Assembly (NCBI GenBank): GCA_049852185.1
Contig: CP187540.1
Source: Methanocaldococcus sp. 28A
Lineage (GTDB): Archaea; AGJL01; Methanococci; Methanococcales; Methanocaldococcaceae
Strand: one strand, 5' to 3'
Length of the DNA: 64,000 nt
Of the stretch, positions 22,016 to 31,649 are shown in pieces (within the stretch, counting starts at the first letter, position 1; the number at the start of each line of letters is the position of its first letter). The position numbers were made by a program, and so were the translations under genes. Under the pieces are notes generated by a model. The model ran no database searches, was not told the DNA's origin, and saw only the letters and a program-made list of their open reading frames with translations.

Positions 22016-22619
22016 ATACAGCTTTATCTCCAAAGTCTCTTAAAATTAGTGGGATGAACTCATAAATTAACTCTTTATCATATCTATAAAGCTCTTTTAT
22101 TATATAGAGAGAATATTCATTAAAGTTCTCAAAAATCTTTAATAGAATAGCATCTTTATTGTCTGATTTCATTATTAACTTAACCAATACTTTGGCATAA
22201 ACTTTGTTGTCTAATTTCTTTATAAGTTTTGGATATGCATAAATTGTTAATTTCGAAGGAATATTTGCCAAAGCTTCAGCACTTGCAAATCTAATACACT
22301 CAAACTCACTATCTAAGAGCTTTATTAAGTAAGGAATATAAATATAAACTAAATTTGGATATTTAACACCAACTTTTTCTATAATTTTTATGCAATAATA
22401 AATAATTTCTCTATTTTTTGAATCAGAAGTGTATTGGGTTGAGATTATATCCTCAAACCCCCTCTCTTTTGTTGATGTTAATAATTCAAATACATCATCT
22501 AAGATATTTAATTCAACCAATTCATCAACTTCCATTTTGTATAATTCTTTTAAAACCTTTAATCTCTCCCTGTTTCCATAGTTTAGTTTTAATTTCTTTT
22601 TATATTCTTCAGAGTTCAT
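21987..22619 (-). CDS. HEAT/ARM-repeat-like protein
   Basis: IPYLIKLLDSEFECIRFASAEALANI HEAT-like segment; overlaps the AAA gene stop. Confidence 0.65.
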   Translation of the reverse strand: MNSEEYKKKLKLNYGNRERLKVLKELYKMEVDELVELNILDDVFELLTSTKERGFEDIISTQYTSDSKNREIIYYCIKIIEKVGVKYPNLVYIYIPYLIKLLDSEFECIRFASAEALANIPSKLTIYAYPKLIKKLDNKVYAKVLVKLIMKSDNKDAILLKIFENFNEYSLYIIKELYRYDKELIYEFIPLILRDFGDKAVFMMQKIRAD

Positions 22620-23739
22620 TTAAAATCCCTTCAATATAATTATTAAATTCATCCGTCTCTTTAATAACTTCATCAATAAAATCAGTTTTTCTTTTGTTTA
22701 TAATGGCTTCATTTCTAATTTTTTTCAACTCCAATCTTATATATGCCATTTTACAAAGGATTTCAATTAATTTGTTGTAATCCTTTTTACATTCACTAAT
22801 TTTCTTAATGTCTATGTATTTAAGTTCATTTTTGAGATTTTTAATTATCTCTGCCTTATCTAACACTTGTTCAGCATATTTGTTGGTTATATCAAATACT
22901 ACTCTTGAAACAACTAATATATCATCTACATCCTCCCAAAATATATGCCTCAATATTTCCAAATCTTCAATTTCAGCCTCTTTTCTTCCATTTAGATAGG
23001 CATAGCATTTAATTGCCTTAACTGATTTTTTAAATCTTCTATCTGAAATATATATATGATTTTGGGACAACTTCTTCTTTATATCAACTAAATATCCAAT
23101 AATATTTTCTATATCAACATCATTAGCTTTTTCTTGCATTTTTTTTAGTTCTTTTATAGTTATTGTGGTTTTTGGTTTATACTCTTCATCCAATTTAATA
23201 AGTTTTATCAAATTCTCACAGCTTCTAATTCCCTTAACAACTTTTCTAAACAAGAATCTATCATAAAAAGCTAAGAGCTCATTTTCTTCAGGGAGTTCAT
23301 TTGAAGCTCCGAAGAGGCTAATTAGGGGCACTTTCTCTATCCTATCCCCATTGTGATAAATCCTCTCATTAATTATTGAAAGCAAAGCGTTTAATATAGA
23401 GCTATTAGCTTTAAAAACCTCATCTAAGAATGCTATCTCTGCTGTTGGCAAATAACCAGAAGTTTTTCTAACAAACCTATCGTTGTCTTTTAACTCTTTA
23501 ATACTTAAAGGTCCAAATAACTCATCTTCGGTTGTAAATCTTGTTATAAGTTTTTCGAAATAATTGGCATTAATATGTGAGGCTATAGCCCTAATTAATT
23601 GTGATTTAGCAACTCCCGGATTTCCTAAAAAAACTGTATGTTCATTTGCCAAAATTGATGTTAATGCAATATCTATTTCTTCTCTCCTCTCTAAAAAATA
23701 ACTATTTAGCTCTTGTTTAATTTTTTCAAATTTATGCAT
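22609..23739 (-). CDS. MoxR-family AAA+ ATPase (RavA-like)
   Basis: GNPGVAKS, TRFTTEDELFGP, FLDEVFKANS, ASNELP, SDRR. Confidence 0.9.
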   Translation of the reverse strand: MHKFEKIKQELNSYFLERREEIDIALTSILANEHTVFLGNPGVAKSQLIRAIASHINANYFEKLITRFTTEDELFGPLSIKELKDNDRFVRKTSGYLPTAEIAFLDEVFKANSSILNALLSIINERIYHNGDRIEKVPLISLFGASNELPEENELLAFYDRFLFRKVVKGIRSCENLIKLIKLDEEYKPKTTITIKELKKMQEKANDVDIENIIGYLVDIKKKLSQNHIYISDRRFKKSVKAIKCYAYLNGRKEAEIEDLEILRHIFWEDVDDILVVSRVVFDITNKYAEQVLDKAEIIKNLKNELKYIDIKKISECKKDYNKLIEILCKMAYIRLELKKIRNEAIINKRKTDFIDEVIKETDEFNNYIEGILNEL

Positions 23740-23748
23740 GATTTCACT

Positions 23749-24129
23749 CTAAATGCTAATTGTAGTTAGTTGAGCTAGTTCAACATTACTAATACCTTTT
23801 AGTTTATTTACCAATTCTATTATTCTATCTCTTTGCCCTTTAATTGCTATTTTTCTAATGATTTTTCCTTCAAATGGAATTTCAAGGGATACTATTACAA
23901 TATCTCTATAATAGCTCTCTAACTCAATAATATCCTCAACAGCTTTTGAATTATATATAACTGTTATTTCACCAATTTTTGATTCAATCCTGCTAAGCCA
24001 GTCATATTTTTTTACATAATACTCTAAGGCTCTTCGTATAAACTCTGAACGAGATATTTTTTCCTTATCTATAATTTCATCAACGTCTTTCAGTAGATTT
24101 TTTTCAATGGTTAATGAAATTCGTTCCAT
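23749..24129 (-). CDS. CopG/NikR-like ribbon-helix-helix regulator
   Basis: RISLTI...SRSEFIRRAL RHH plus NikR-C-like domain; no His or Cys. Confidence 0.8.
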   Translation of the reverse strand: MERISLTIEKNLLKDVDEIIDKEKISRSEFIRRALEYYVKKYDWLSRIESKIGEITVIYNSKAVEDIIELESYYRDIVIVSLEIPFEGKIIRKIAIKGQRDRIIELVNKLKGISNVELAQLTTISI

Positions 24130-24142
24130 AATATCACTTTTG

Positions 24143-24168
24143 TAATACTTATTTACAGAATAGTATTA
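24143..24168. promoter_or_regulatory. Putative autoregulatory operator TAATACT-N12-AGTATTA
   Basis: 7-bp inverted repeat just upstream of the RHH gene start. Confidence 0.55.
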
Positions 24169-24306
24169 ATAGGTGTATGATATAAAAATATTACTATTAA
24201 AAATTAAGAATTAAAATATATAAAATTTTTTTATAAATTAAAATATTGTTTTTAATTTAGTATTAATATTTTAATTTAAGATACAACTATATATTAAAAA
24301 TCAAAT

Positions 24307-24439
24307 CGAAAATATTATATATGATGAATTTTGTCCTATAACGTATGCCCTAGGAATCACTCCCATACAATTTAGCATCTTCAAAAGAAGCATAAGTTGT
24401 ATATGGAGCTCACCTCTGTGAGGATTTATAATGGGTTTA
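24307..24439 (+). promoter_or_regulatory. Orphan promoter (BRE/TATA, ATGC start box), structured leader, RBS and ATG of a deleted gene
   Basis: CGAAA, TTATATA 24315-21, ATGC 24345, hairpin 24360-24408, GTGAGGA, ATG GGT TTA at 24431, then MITE. Confidence 0.5.
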
Positions 24440-24549
24440 TAGTTGTGTGCAAAATAAAATAGACTTTTATAAAGACAATTTGAATGCCTTCCTTTTGGAA
24501 GGCGTTCTTTAATTCCTTATCTTATTTAAGATAGTTTTGCACACAACTA
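24440..24549. mobile_element. Family A MITE-like element
   Basis: Perfect 15-bp TIR, TA flanks, GAATGCCTTCC-TTTT-GGAAGGCGTTC hairpin. Confidence 0.92.
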
Positions 24550-24845
24550 TAAATCTTTAACGAAATTAAAAAGCTTTTCTTGTGGGAAGATTCCTTCTTC
24601 CCAAAGTATTCTATTTATTGTATCGTGAGATATGTCGATTCCGAAAATACGCAACGTTTTCAATAACTCTACACACGAATTAATCTCTGAAAGTAATATA
24701 AAAAGCATATAAACGATAGTCCTCGACATTTTTAGCATATTTTCCCCAAAATAAACTTTTGTTTCGAAAAATTATAATATCTGATAAAAATAGATTATCA
24801 TGATATGTTATAATAAAATATTTAAATATGCTTGTAAAAGTCCTA
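24550..24845 (-). pseudogene. Truncated IS701-like copy 3 (left end plus first ~62 transposase codons)
   Basis: Near-identical to the 5' part of copies 1 and 2; cut at the MITE boundary. Confidence 0.9.
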
Positions 24846-24896
24846 TTTTGGAATTTTTTTATTTTTTAGATTTTAAATTTTAATTAGAGGGGTAGT

Positions 24897-25072
24897 ATGA
24901 ACTTTGAAGTTGTTGAATTTAAAGGCATATAATAGATTCAAACATTTTATTAAAAATTTTAGATAAAATAATATCAATGGGAGGGGATTTTGAAATAGAG
25001 AAACTTGGAGTAGGAAAAACAAATGAAGATAAAAGCTATGCAAGAATCTTAGTTAAAGGAAAAGATGATTAG
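24897..25072 (+). pseudogene. Frameshifted N-terminal fragment of a TIGR00300 (LOR/SDH, ornithine cyclodeaminase-like) protein
   Basis: Restoring 1 nt gives MNFEVVEFKG-HIIDSNILLKILDKIISMGGDFEIEKLGVGKTNEDKSYARILVKGKDD*. Confidence 0.65.
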
Positions 25073-25173
25073 TCATGATGGATATTGAATATGCTATTGG
25101 AAAAATATAAATAAGATATAGGTTTTTAAAATGAATTTTTAAAGTAAATCTTAAATTAAATTGAGGGAGAAAT

Positions 25174-25917
25174 ATGAAAATCTCTATATGTGGAAAGGGT
25201 GGTTGTGGAAAAAGCTCAATAACAACTTTAATTGCTAAGGAATTTGCTAAAAATGGTTATAGAGTTTTAGTTATTGATGGAGATGAATCAAACTTAAGTT
25301 TGCATAAATTATTAGGAATGGATTTACCAAAGGACTTTATAAATTATCTTGGAGGAAGAAAGGAGTTTATGCAAAAGTTAAAATCACAACCTAAAAAGAA
25401 CGTTAAATTATTTGAAGAGTTGTCAATAGATTCCTTACCAAAAGATTATTTAGTAGAGAAAGATAATATCAAGCTCATAGCTATTGGAAAAATCCATGAT
25501 TTTGGAGAAGGTTGTGCATGTCCAATGGGCGTTTTATTGAGAGAGTTTTTAAAATCTTTAAAATTAAAAGATAAAGAGGTTGTTATTGTTGATACCGAAG
25601 CAGGAATAGAGCATTTTGGTAGAGGTGTTGAGGGAGGATGTGATGTTATTATTGCTATAGTTGACCCAACATATGAATCCATAAGATTATCTAAGAAGAT
25701 AGAAGAGATTGGAGAGAAATTGGGTAAGAAAGTTTATTTTATAGTTAATAAGGTAGATGACGATACAAAGGAATTGGTTCTTGAAAATATTAATAAGGAT
25801 AAAGTTATTGCAATAATTTCAAATAATAAGGAAATTATGAAATGTGGATTGATGGGAGAAGAATTAAATGTGAATATTCCTGAAATTAAAAAAGTTGTAG
25901 AAATTTTAACAAAATAA
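25174..25917 (+). CDS. cooC: CooC/AcsF-type nickel-insertion ATPase
   Basis: GKGGCGKS, GCACP, DTEAGIEHFGRG. Confidence 0.88.
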   Translation: MKISICGKGGCGKSSITTLIAKEFAKNGYRVLVIDGDESNLSLHKLLGMDLPKDFINYLGGRKEFMQKLKSQPKKNVKLFEELSIDSLPKDYLVEKDNIKLIAIGKIHDFGEGCACPMGVLLREFLKSLKLKDKEVVIVDTEAGIEHFGRGVEGGCDVIIAIVDPTYESIRLSKKIEEIGEKLGKKVYFIVNKVDDDTKELVLENINKDKVIAIISNNKEIMKCGLMGEELNVNIPEIKKVVEILTK

Positions 25918-26079
25918 CTTTTTTTATTATATTTATATTATATGTGCGAAATATTTTTCAAGATACCACACAATTTTAGAAAAATATGGTTTCTTGGATT
26001 GAATTAAGTTAGATGGATAAAATTTTATATATTGAAATTTTTATAATCTATTTTAACAAAAATCTAAAAAATTATAGTT

Positions 26080-27366
26080 ATGAGCAAAACTATAAAAATA
26101 AAGGAGGGAGAGAGAATTAAAAGAAGAGCACTTTTAGTTTTAAGAAAAGATAGTAAGTTTGACAGTAAAAATATAGAAGAACTAAAAGAATTAGCTGAAG
26201 TCCTTTACAATCCAATAAGAACAGTAGTTCAAATAAGAAAGCCAGACCCAAAATATCAAATTGGTAGTGGATTAGTAGAGAGAATTGCTGAAAAAATTAA
26301 AGAGGAAAATATAGATATTGTTATAGTTGGGAATCAGCTAACTCCTTCACAAAAATATAACTTGGCTAAGAAATTCAAGGTTGAAGTTATTGACAAGATT
26401 GAACTAGTTTTGAGAATATTTTATAAGCATGCGAGAACTAAAGAAGCTCAATTACAAGTTAGATTGGCAGAGTTGCAGTATGAATTGCCAAGAGCAAGGG
26501 AAAAGGTTAGGTTGGCTAAGATGGGAGAGCAACCAGGATTTGGTGGATATGGAGATTATGAGGTTGAAAAATACTATCAGAAAGTAAAGAGGGAGATTTC
26601 AAGCATAAAGAGGAAATTAGAGAAGCTTAGAGAACATAGAAGAATAGCAAGAAAGAGCAGAGAGAAGTTTGATTCAGTAGGTTTGATTGGTTATACAAAC
26701 GCAGGAAAAACAAGTTTATTAAATGCTCTAACTGGAGAAAGTAAAGAATCAAAAAATCAAGTTTTTACAACATTAACTACCACAACAAGAGTTATAAAGG
26801 GCATTAAAAGGAAGATATTGGTTACTGACACAGTTGGATTTATCGATGATTTACCACCATTTATGATTGAGGCATTTTTATCAACAATTGAAGAAAGTGC
26901 AGATAGTGATTTAATTTTGATTGTTGTTGATGCATCTGATGATATAGAAGAAATTAAAAGAAAATTAAAGGTAAATCATGAAATTCTAAGTAAAATTAAT
27001 TGCAAATCACCAATAATAACTGTATTTAACAAAGTAGATAAAATTACAGAAGATAAAAAGAGAATGATTTTGGAGAAATTGAATAGATATATTGTAAATC
27101 CAATATTTGTTTCTGCAAAATATAATACAAATATTGATTTGTTAATTGAGAAAATTATTGATAATCTAAACTTATCAATAGGAACAATAGAGACAAACAA
27201 TCCAAAACTCATATCTTATTTATATGAAAATACTGAGATTATTGAAGATATTTTAGATGAAGACAAACACATAATAACATTTAGAGCTAAAGAAAGAGAT
27301 GTAAATAGAATTTTAAAGTTGCATAAAACTACAGCATATAGTTGTGTGCAAAACTATCTTAAATAA
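26080..27366 (+). CDS. hflX: GTPase HflX; C-terminus extended by a MITE
   Basis: HARTKEAQLQV, GYTNAGKTS, DTVGFI, NKVD. Confidence 0.95.
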   Translation: MSKTIKIKEGERIKRRALLVLRKDSKFDSKNIEELKELAEVLYNPIRTVVQIRKPDPKYQIGSGLVERIAEKIKEENIDIVIVGNQLTPSQKYNLAKKFKVEVIDKIELVLRIFYKHARTKEAQLQVRLAELQYELPRAREKVRLAKMGEQPGFGGYGDYEVEKYYQKVKREISSIKRKLEKLREHRRIARKSREKFDSVGLIGYTNAGKTSLLNALTGESKESKNQVFTTLTTTTRVIKGIKRKILVTDTVGFIDDLPPFMIEAFLSTIEESADSDLILIVVDASDDIEEIKRKLKVNHEILSKINCKSPIITVFNKVDKITEDKKRMILEKLNRYIVNPIFVSAKYNTNIDLLIEKIIDNLNLSIGTIETNNPKLISYLYENTEIIEDILDEDKHIITFRAKERDVNRILKLHKTTAYSCVQNYLK

Positions 27367-27449
27367 AATAAGGAAATTAGTGAATGCCTTTCTTATGGAA
27401 GGAATTCAAATTGTCCTTATAAAAGTTTATTTTATTTTGCACACAACTA
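27339..27449. mobile_element. Family A MITE inserted in the original hflX TAA stop
   Basis: Perfect TIR; removing the element and one TA restores GCA TAA. Confidence 0.92.
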
Positions 27450-27460
27450 TAAATTTTTAG

Positions 27461-28312
27461 GTGATGAGGTTGGATGTATTAAAAAATTTACCTATTACAG
27501 ACAATCATATCCATGTTGATGATAAAAATGGATATGGAGCTGAGAAAGTTGCGAAAACATTCTATAATTCTGGAGGAAAGGTGATGATAGTTTTAAATAA
27601 ACCAACATTTGATGGGGATTTAACAAAATCAATGGATGTATTGGTTAAAGATGTAGAGAGAATAAATAAAAACACACCTGTTAAGGCTTTTGGTTTAGTT
27701 GGAGTTCATCCTGCTGAATTAACATATTTAATGAAATTTATGAGCTTGGAGGAAGCAAAACAAAAGATTATTGATGCCTTAAATTATGCAAAAAAGCTTA
27801 TTGAGGAGAATGATTTTATTGTTGGTATAGGAGAGGTTGGAAGGCCACATTATAAGGTAGATGAAAGTGTTTGGAAAGTTTCAAATGAAATATTAAAATA
27901 TTGCATGTGTTTAGCCAAAGATTTAGACTGTGCTATACAAATTCACGCAGAGAGTTCTACAGAAGAGCAATTTAAGGAGTTTTCTGAGATGGCTAAAGAG
28001 GTTAATTTAAATCCTGAAAGAGTTGTAAAACATCACTGTGGAGATATGGTAGTAGAGGGGGAGAAGTATGGTATATTTCCTTCAATTTTAGCTTCAAGAG
28101 TAAATGAAGATATTATTAAAAAATCTCTAAGGTTTGTTATGGAAACTGACTATATAGATGATTTAAAAAGACCCGGTGTTGTTTTGGGAATAAAAACAGT
28201 CCCAAGAGTTACAAGAAATTTAATTGAAAAGGGAATTTTAAATGAAGATATGGTTTATAAAATTCATAAAGAGAATATAGAAAAGATTTACAATATAGAT
28301 TTAGAATTTTAA
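27461..28312 (+). CDS. TatD-family amidohydrolase
   Basis: DNHIH, GVHP, GEVGRPH, METD motifs. Confidence 0.85.
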   Translation: MMRLDVLKNLPITDNHIHVDDKNGYGAEKVAKTFYNSGGKVMIVLNKPTFDGDLTKSMDVLVKDVERINKNTPVKAFGLVGVHPAELTYLMKFMSLEEAKQKIIDALNYAKKLIEENDFIVGIGEVGRPHYKVDESVWKVSNEILKYCMCLAKDLDCAIQIHAESSTEEQFKEFSEMAKEVNLNPERVVKHHCGDMVVEGEKYGIFPSILASRVNEDIIKKSLRFVMETDYIDDLKRPGVVLGIKTVPRVTRNLIEKGILNEDMVYKIHKENIEKIYNIDLEF

Positions 28313-28318
28313 GTTTAT

Positions 28319-28612
28319 TTACTTTTTATCATCCTCTTTTAACATTTCGTTAATCTCTTTTTCCATTATGTGCCCTTCAACAACAACTTCTACATTTTTA
28401 ACTCCTTCTAATGATTTAACAGCATCTTTCGCCTGAAATGCCATTCCTAAGACACTCATACAGGCTGGATTTGTTGGTATTAACTTAAATTTAACGTTTC
28501 CTTCATCATCAACGTCTACATCCTTAATTAATCCCATATCTACAATACTTATTCCCATGTGTGGGTCTGCAACTGTTTTTAAAGCTTTTATAACATCTTC
28601 TTTGGTTACCAC
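28319..28612 (-). CDS. DUF59/SufT metal-sulfur cluster assembly factor
   Basis: VADP..SIVDMGL...TNPAC. Confidence 0.85.
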   Translation of the reverse strand: MVTKEDVIKALKTVADPHMGISIVDMGLIKDVDVDDEGNVKFKLIPTNPACMSVLGMAFQAKDAVKSLEGVKNVEVVVEGHIMEKEINEMLKEDDKK

Positions 28613-28890
28613 ATTTACACCTATTTGAAGTTTTTATTCCTAATTTATGGATAATCTTATAAATATTTTATTCAGGCTATCTCAATGTTCTAACTATCTT
28701 GTGGAAAACTTCAAGATTTCTCTTATTTATTTAGATAAATATATTAAAATTTTTAGTTTATTATTTCAAAATTATAATTTGCTAAAGTATTTAAAACTAA
28801 TCACAATTTTAATCTATGTTTGTGTGTTAATTGAAGATATCTATTTTTTTGAAAAAAGATAGTAATAAAGCACTATTATCTTAGAATAAT

Positions 28891-29473
28891 ATCACTACAC
28901 TGAATCGGTCTGATTTTAATGGATTATCTTCCTCATCTAAGCATAAACTAAATACAAAGTTTCCATACCGAATCGGTCTTATTTTAATGTTATCACATCT
29001 ATAAGCCTATAAACATAAACATAGTAGGGTGTTTCCATACCGAATCGGTCTTATTTTAATGAAAATTAGAAATTATTCATAAAAGTTATTCATAAAATTA
29101 GGTTTCCATACCGAATCGGTCTTATTTTAATAAGCATATGAGAACAAACTAAAAGAGATAGAAAAAGGTTTCCATACCGAATCGGTCTTATTTTAATAAA
29201 AGTAATGGTAATACATATTTAGTTTATATTGAGTTTCCATACCGAATCGGTCTTATTTTAATTTAATGTAAAATATAGAGCGTTAGAGGAATGTATGAAC
29301 GGTTTCCATACCGAATCGGTCTTATTTTAATTTGCAATCAATGTTGTTGTGGTTGCAGTTGTAATAATTTCCATACCGAATCGGTCTTATTTTAATAGTA
29401 AAAGGTAAGGCAAATATTATAAAAGCTAAAAAGAAGATGTTAAATTTCCATACCGAATCGGTCTTATTTTAAT
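28891..29473 (-). CRISPR. CRISPR array: 9 repeats (8 intact, 1 degenerate), 8 spacers of 35-47 nt; no cas genes in window
   Basis: 30-bp repeat ATTAAAATAAGACCGATTCGGTATGGAAA(C/T) on the minus strand; plus-strand starts 28891, 28959, 29031, 29102, 29168, 29233, 29302, 29367, 29444. Confidence 0.97.
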
Positions 29474-29868
29474 AGGAGGCGTTTTTTGAATTAAACGAAA
29501 TTAAGCATTTTTAAACCTTTATTTTATAGGGGTTATATTACAACCCCCCAATTACTTGGTTTCTTTATATACCCTAACTCATATAAATACTTTACGGTAT
29601 TGTATTAATTAGAACAATAAAAACCCCTTAACTAAAAAATCAAATTATCTATCGGGGAAATCTAAATATAAAAATAATTATCTAAAATCTCTTAAAAATC
29701 TTACTAATTTAATACATCTAAATAAGTAAAATATTAAAAATAAGCTACCCTTAGAAATTAGCTAAAAATCTTTAAAATCAAAAAATAACCATTTAAAAAT
29801 TTCTAAATTAAAAATAAAAAAGTTTTAGCGTGATAAATATTAGTTGAATATTTAAATATTACAAAAAT
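29474..29868 (-). promoter_or_regulatory. CRISPR leader
   Basis: ~400-bp AT-rich non-coding region at the end opposite the degenerate repeat. Confidence 0.75.
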
Positions 29869-31488
29869 TTACTCTACATATCTCGCTCTCTTTTCAACAT
29901 CTTTCATTAAATCTAATATAATTTCCCATCTATCATAGACGCTTTTATAACCTTCTAAGAATTTATCCCAAATTTCTTGAAACTTTTCATGGTGAGTAGA
30001 TATAATAGCTTTTTTAAAAACTATTAAATCAACTGCTTTATCCTCATCAAGATTTGAAATCTTTCCTAAACCAAAATCAATAATATAGAGATTTCCATCA
30101 TATAAAAAGTTAGATGTGGTTAAATCATTATGAATTATATCATTTTTATGTAATTTCCCAACAATCTCTCCAATTTTATAGGAGATATTTAAGTTATCCT
30201 CAATAATATCTTTAGCTAATTTTCCATTAATATAGCTCATCATAATTCTTTTATTGGATATATCAACATCAAAGATGTATGGAGCTGGGATGCCAAAATC
30301 TTTAACTAATGCCAAATATCTTGCCTCTCTTGCTGTTCTACTTTTTCTTATCTTCTCATCTAATCTCTCATCTCTATAGCTTTTTTTAACTCTCTCTTTT
30401 ATTATAACATCAAAATCCAAATACTTATCTTTTTTAATATCTGCCTCTGCCCCTCTGCCAATTAAATGTTCTGGAATCTTCCTCTCTTTACCTTTAATTT
30501 CTTTTATCCAATTAACTTCAACCATATCAGTCCTATAGTTTGGAATTACCTTTGTTTCATCTAAACTCATAAATTTTCCATTTTTATGCATTAACAAACC
30601 AAGCCATGCAATCATTGCTCCATTATCTCCACAAAATTCTTTTGGTGGCACATAGAACTCTACATTCTGCCCTTCACACATTGCTTTTAACATCTCTCTC
30701 AATCTGTTATTTGCCGCAACACCACCAACAAGCATTACTTCTCCTTTATTTGTGTGAGCTAAGGCTCTTTCAGTTATTTCAGTAAGCATTGAGAATGCAT
30801 ATTCTTGTAGAGAATAGCAGATATCCTCCAATCTCTCTCCAGCGTCATAAGCCCTCATAGCGGCAGTTAATAAACCTGAAAAGGCAATATCCATACCTTT
30901 AACTGTATATGGCAAATCAATTAATTTTTTTCCTTTCTTTGCTAACTCCTCTATATAAGGTCCCCCAGGATGTGGAAGATTTATATATCTTGCAAACTGG
31001 TCTAAGCAGTTACCAACGGCTATATCTAATGTCTCTCCAAAGACCCTATATTTTTTTGAGACATAAGCTATAACTTGAGTGTTTCCTCCACTAACATATA
31101 GGGTTAGAGGGTCTTCAGCTTCAGTAGTTAATTTACCAATCTCTATATGTGCTATACAGTGATTAACTCCAATTATTGGTTTTTTTAATGTTAAAGATAG
31201 AGTTCTTGCTACTGTTGCAGTTACTCTTAAACTTGGCCCTAATCCTGGACCTTGAGAAAAGGCAATCAAATCAATCTCATTTTTATCTACAACTTTAAAA
31301 GCCTCTTTTATAAGCTTAGGAAATGTTTCAGCATGATGGTCAGCGGCTTCTCTTGGATTAATTCCTTGTTTTGGAGGTTTATACAATATAGTTTTGTTAA
31401 ATAAAACTTCTCCATCTGAAGTAACAATTCCTACTCCAGTTTTTTCTGCAGTTCCTTCTAATCCTAAACAAATCATAATATCACTCAA
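29869..31488 (-). CDS. kae1: Kae1-Bud32 fusion (t6A synthesis, KEOPS)
   Basis: GLEGTA, HCIAHIE, DNGAMIA; kinase [12 protein letters not shown]. Confidence 0.95.
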   Translation of the reverse strand: MSDIMICLGLEGTAEKTGVGIVTSDGEVLFNKTILYKPPKQGINPREAADHHAETFPKLIKEAFKVVDKNEIDLIAFSQGPGLGPSLRVTATVARTLSLTLKKPIIGVNHCIAHIEIGKLTTEAEDPLTLYVSGGNTQVIAYVSKKYRVFGETLDIAVGNCLDQFARYINLPHPGGPYIEELAKKGKKLIDLPYTVKGMDIAFSGLLTAAMRAYDAGERLEDICYSLQEYAFSMLTEITERALAHTNKGEVMLVGGVAANNRLREMLKAMCEGQNVEFYVPPKEFCGDNGAMIAWLGLLMHKNGKFMSLDETKVIPNYRTDMVEVNWIKEIKGKERKIPEHLIGRGAEADIKKDKYLDFDVIIKERVKKSYRDERLDEKIRKSRTAREARYLALVKDFGIPAPYIFDVDISNKRIMMSYINGKLAKDIIEDNLNISYKIGEIVGKLHKNDIIHNDLTTSNFLYDGNLYIIDFGLGKISNLDEDKAVDLIVFKKAIISTHHEKFQEIWDKFLEGYKSVYDRWEIILDLMKDVEKRARYVE

Positions 31489-31498
31489 AAAATAGTTA

Positions 31499-31581
31499 TA
31501 GTTGTGTGCAAAACTATCTTAATTAAAATAAGGAATTAGTAATTGTCCTTATAAAAGTTTATTTTATTTTGCTCACAACTA
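31499..31581. mobile_element. Family A element lacking the central hairpin (83 bp)
   Basis: TIRs and TA flanks retained. Confidence 0.85.
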
Positions 31582-31649
31582 TAATATAAATTCAATAATA
31601 TATATAGTGGCATCCTTAAAAAAGTTTAAAAAAGTTTTATTTTAAAAAT

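Noticed and set aside
25938-25980. Possible very degenerate family A element (TATATGTGCGAAA...CACACAATT)
   Set aside because: Too few matches to separate from AT-rich background.
28647-28862. 71-aa ORF beside the CRISPR trailer
   Set aside because: No RBS, low complexity, no Cas-like motifs.
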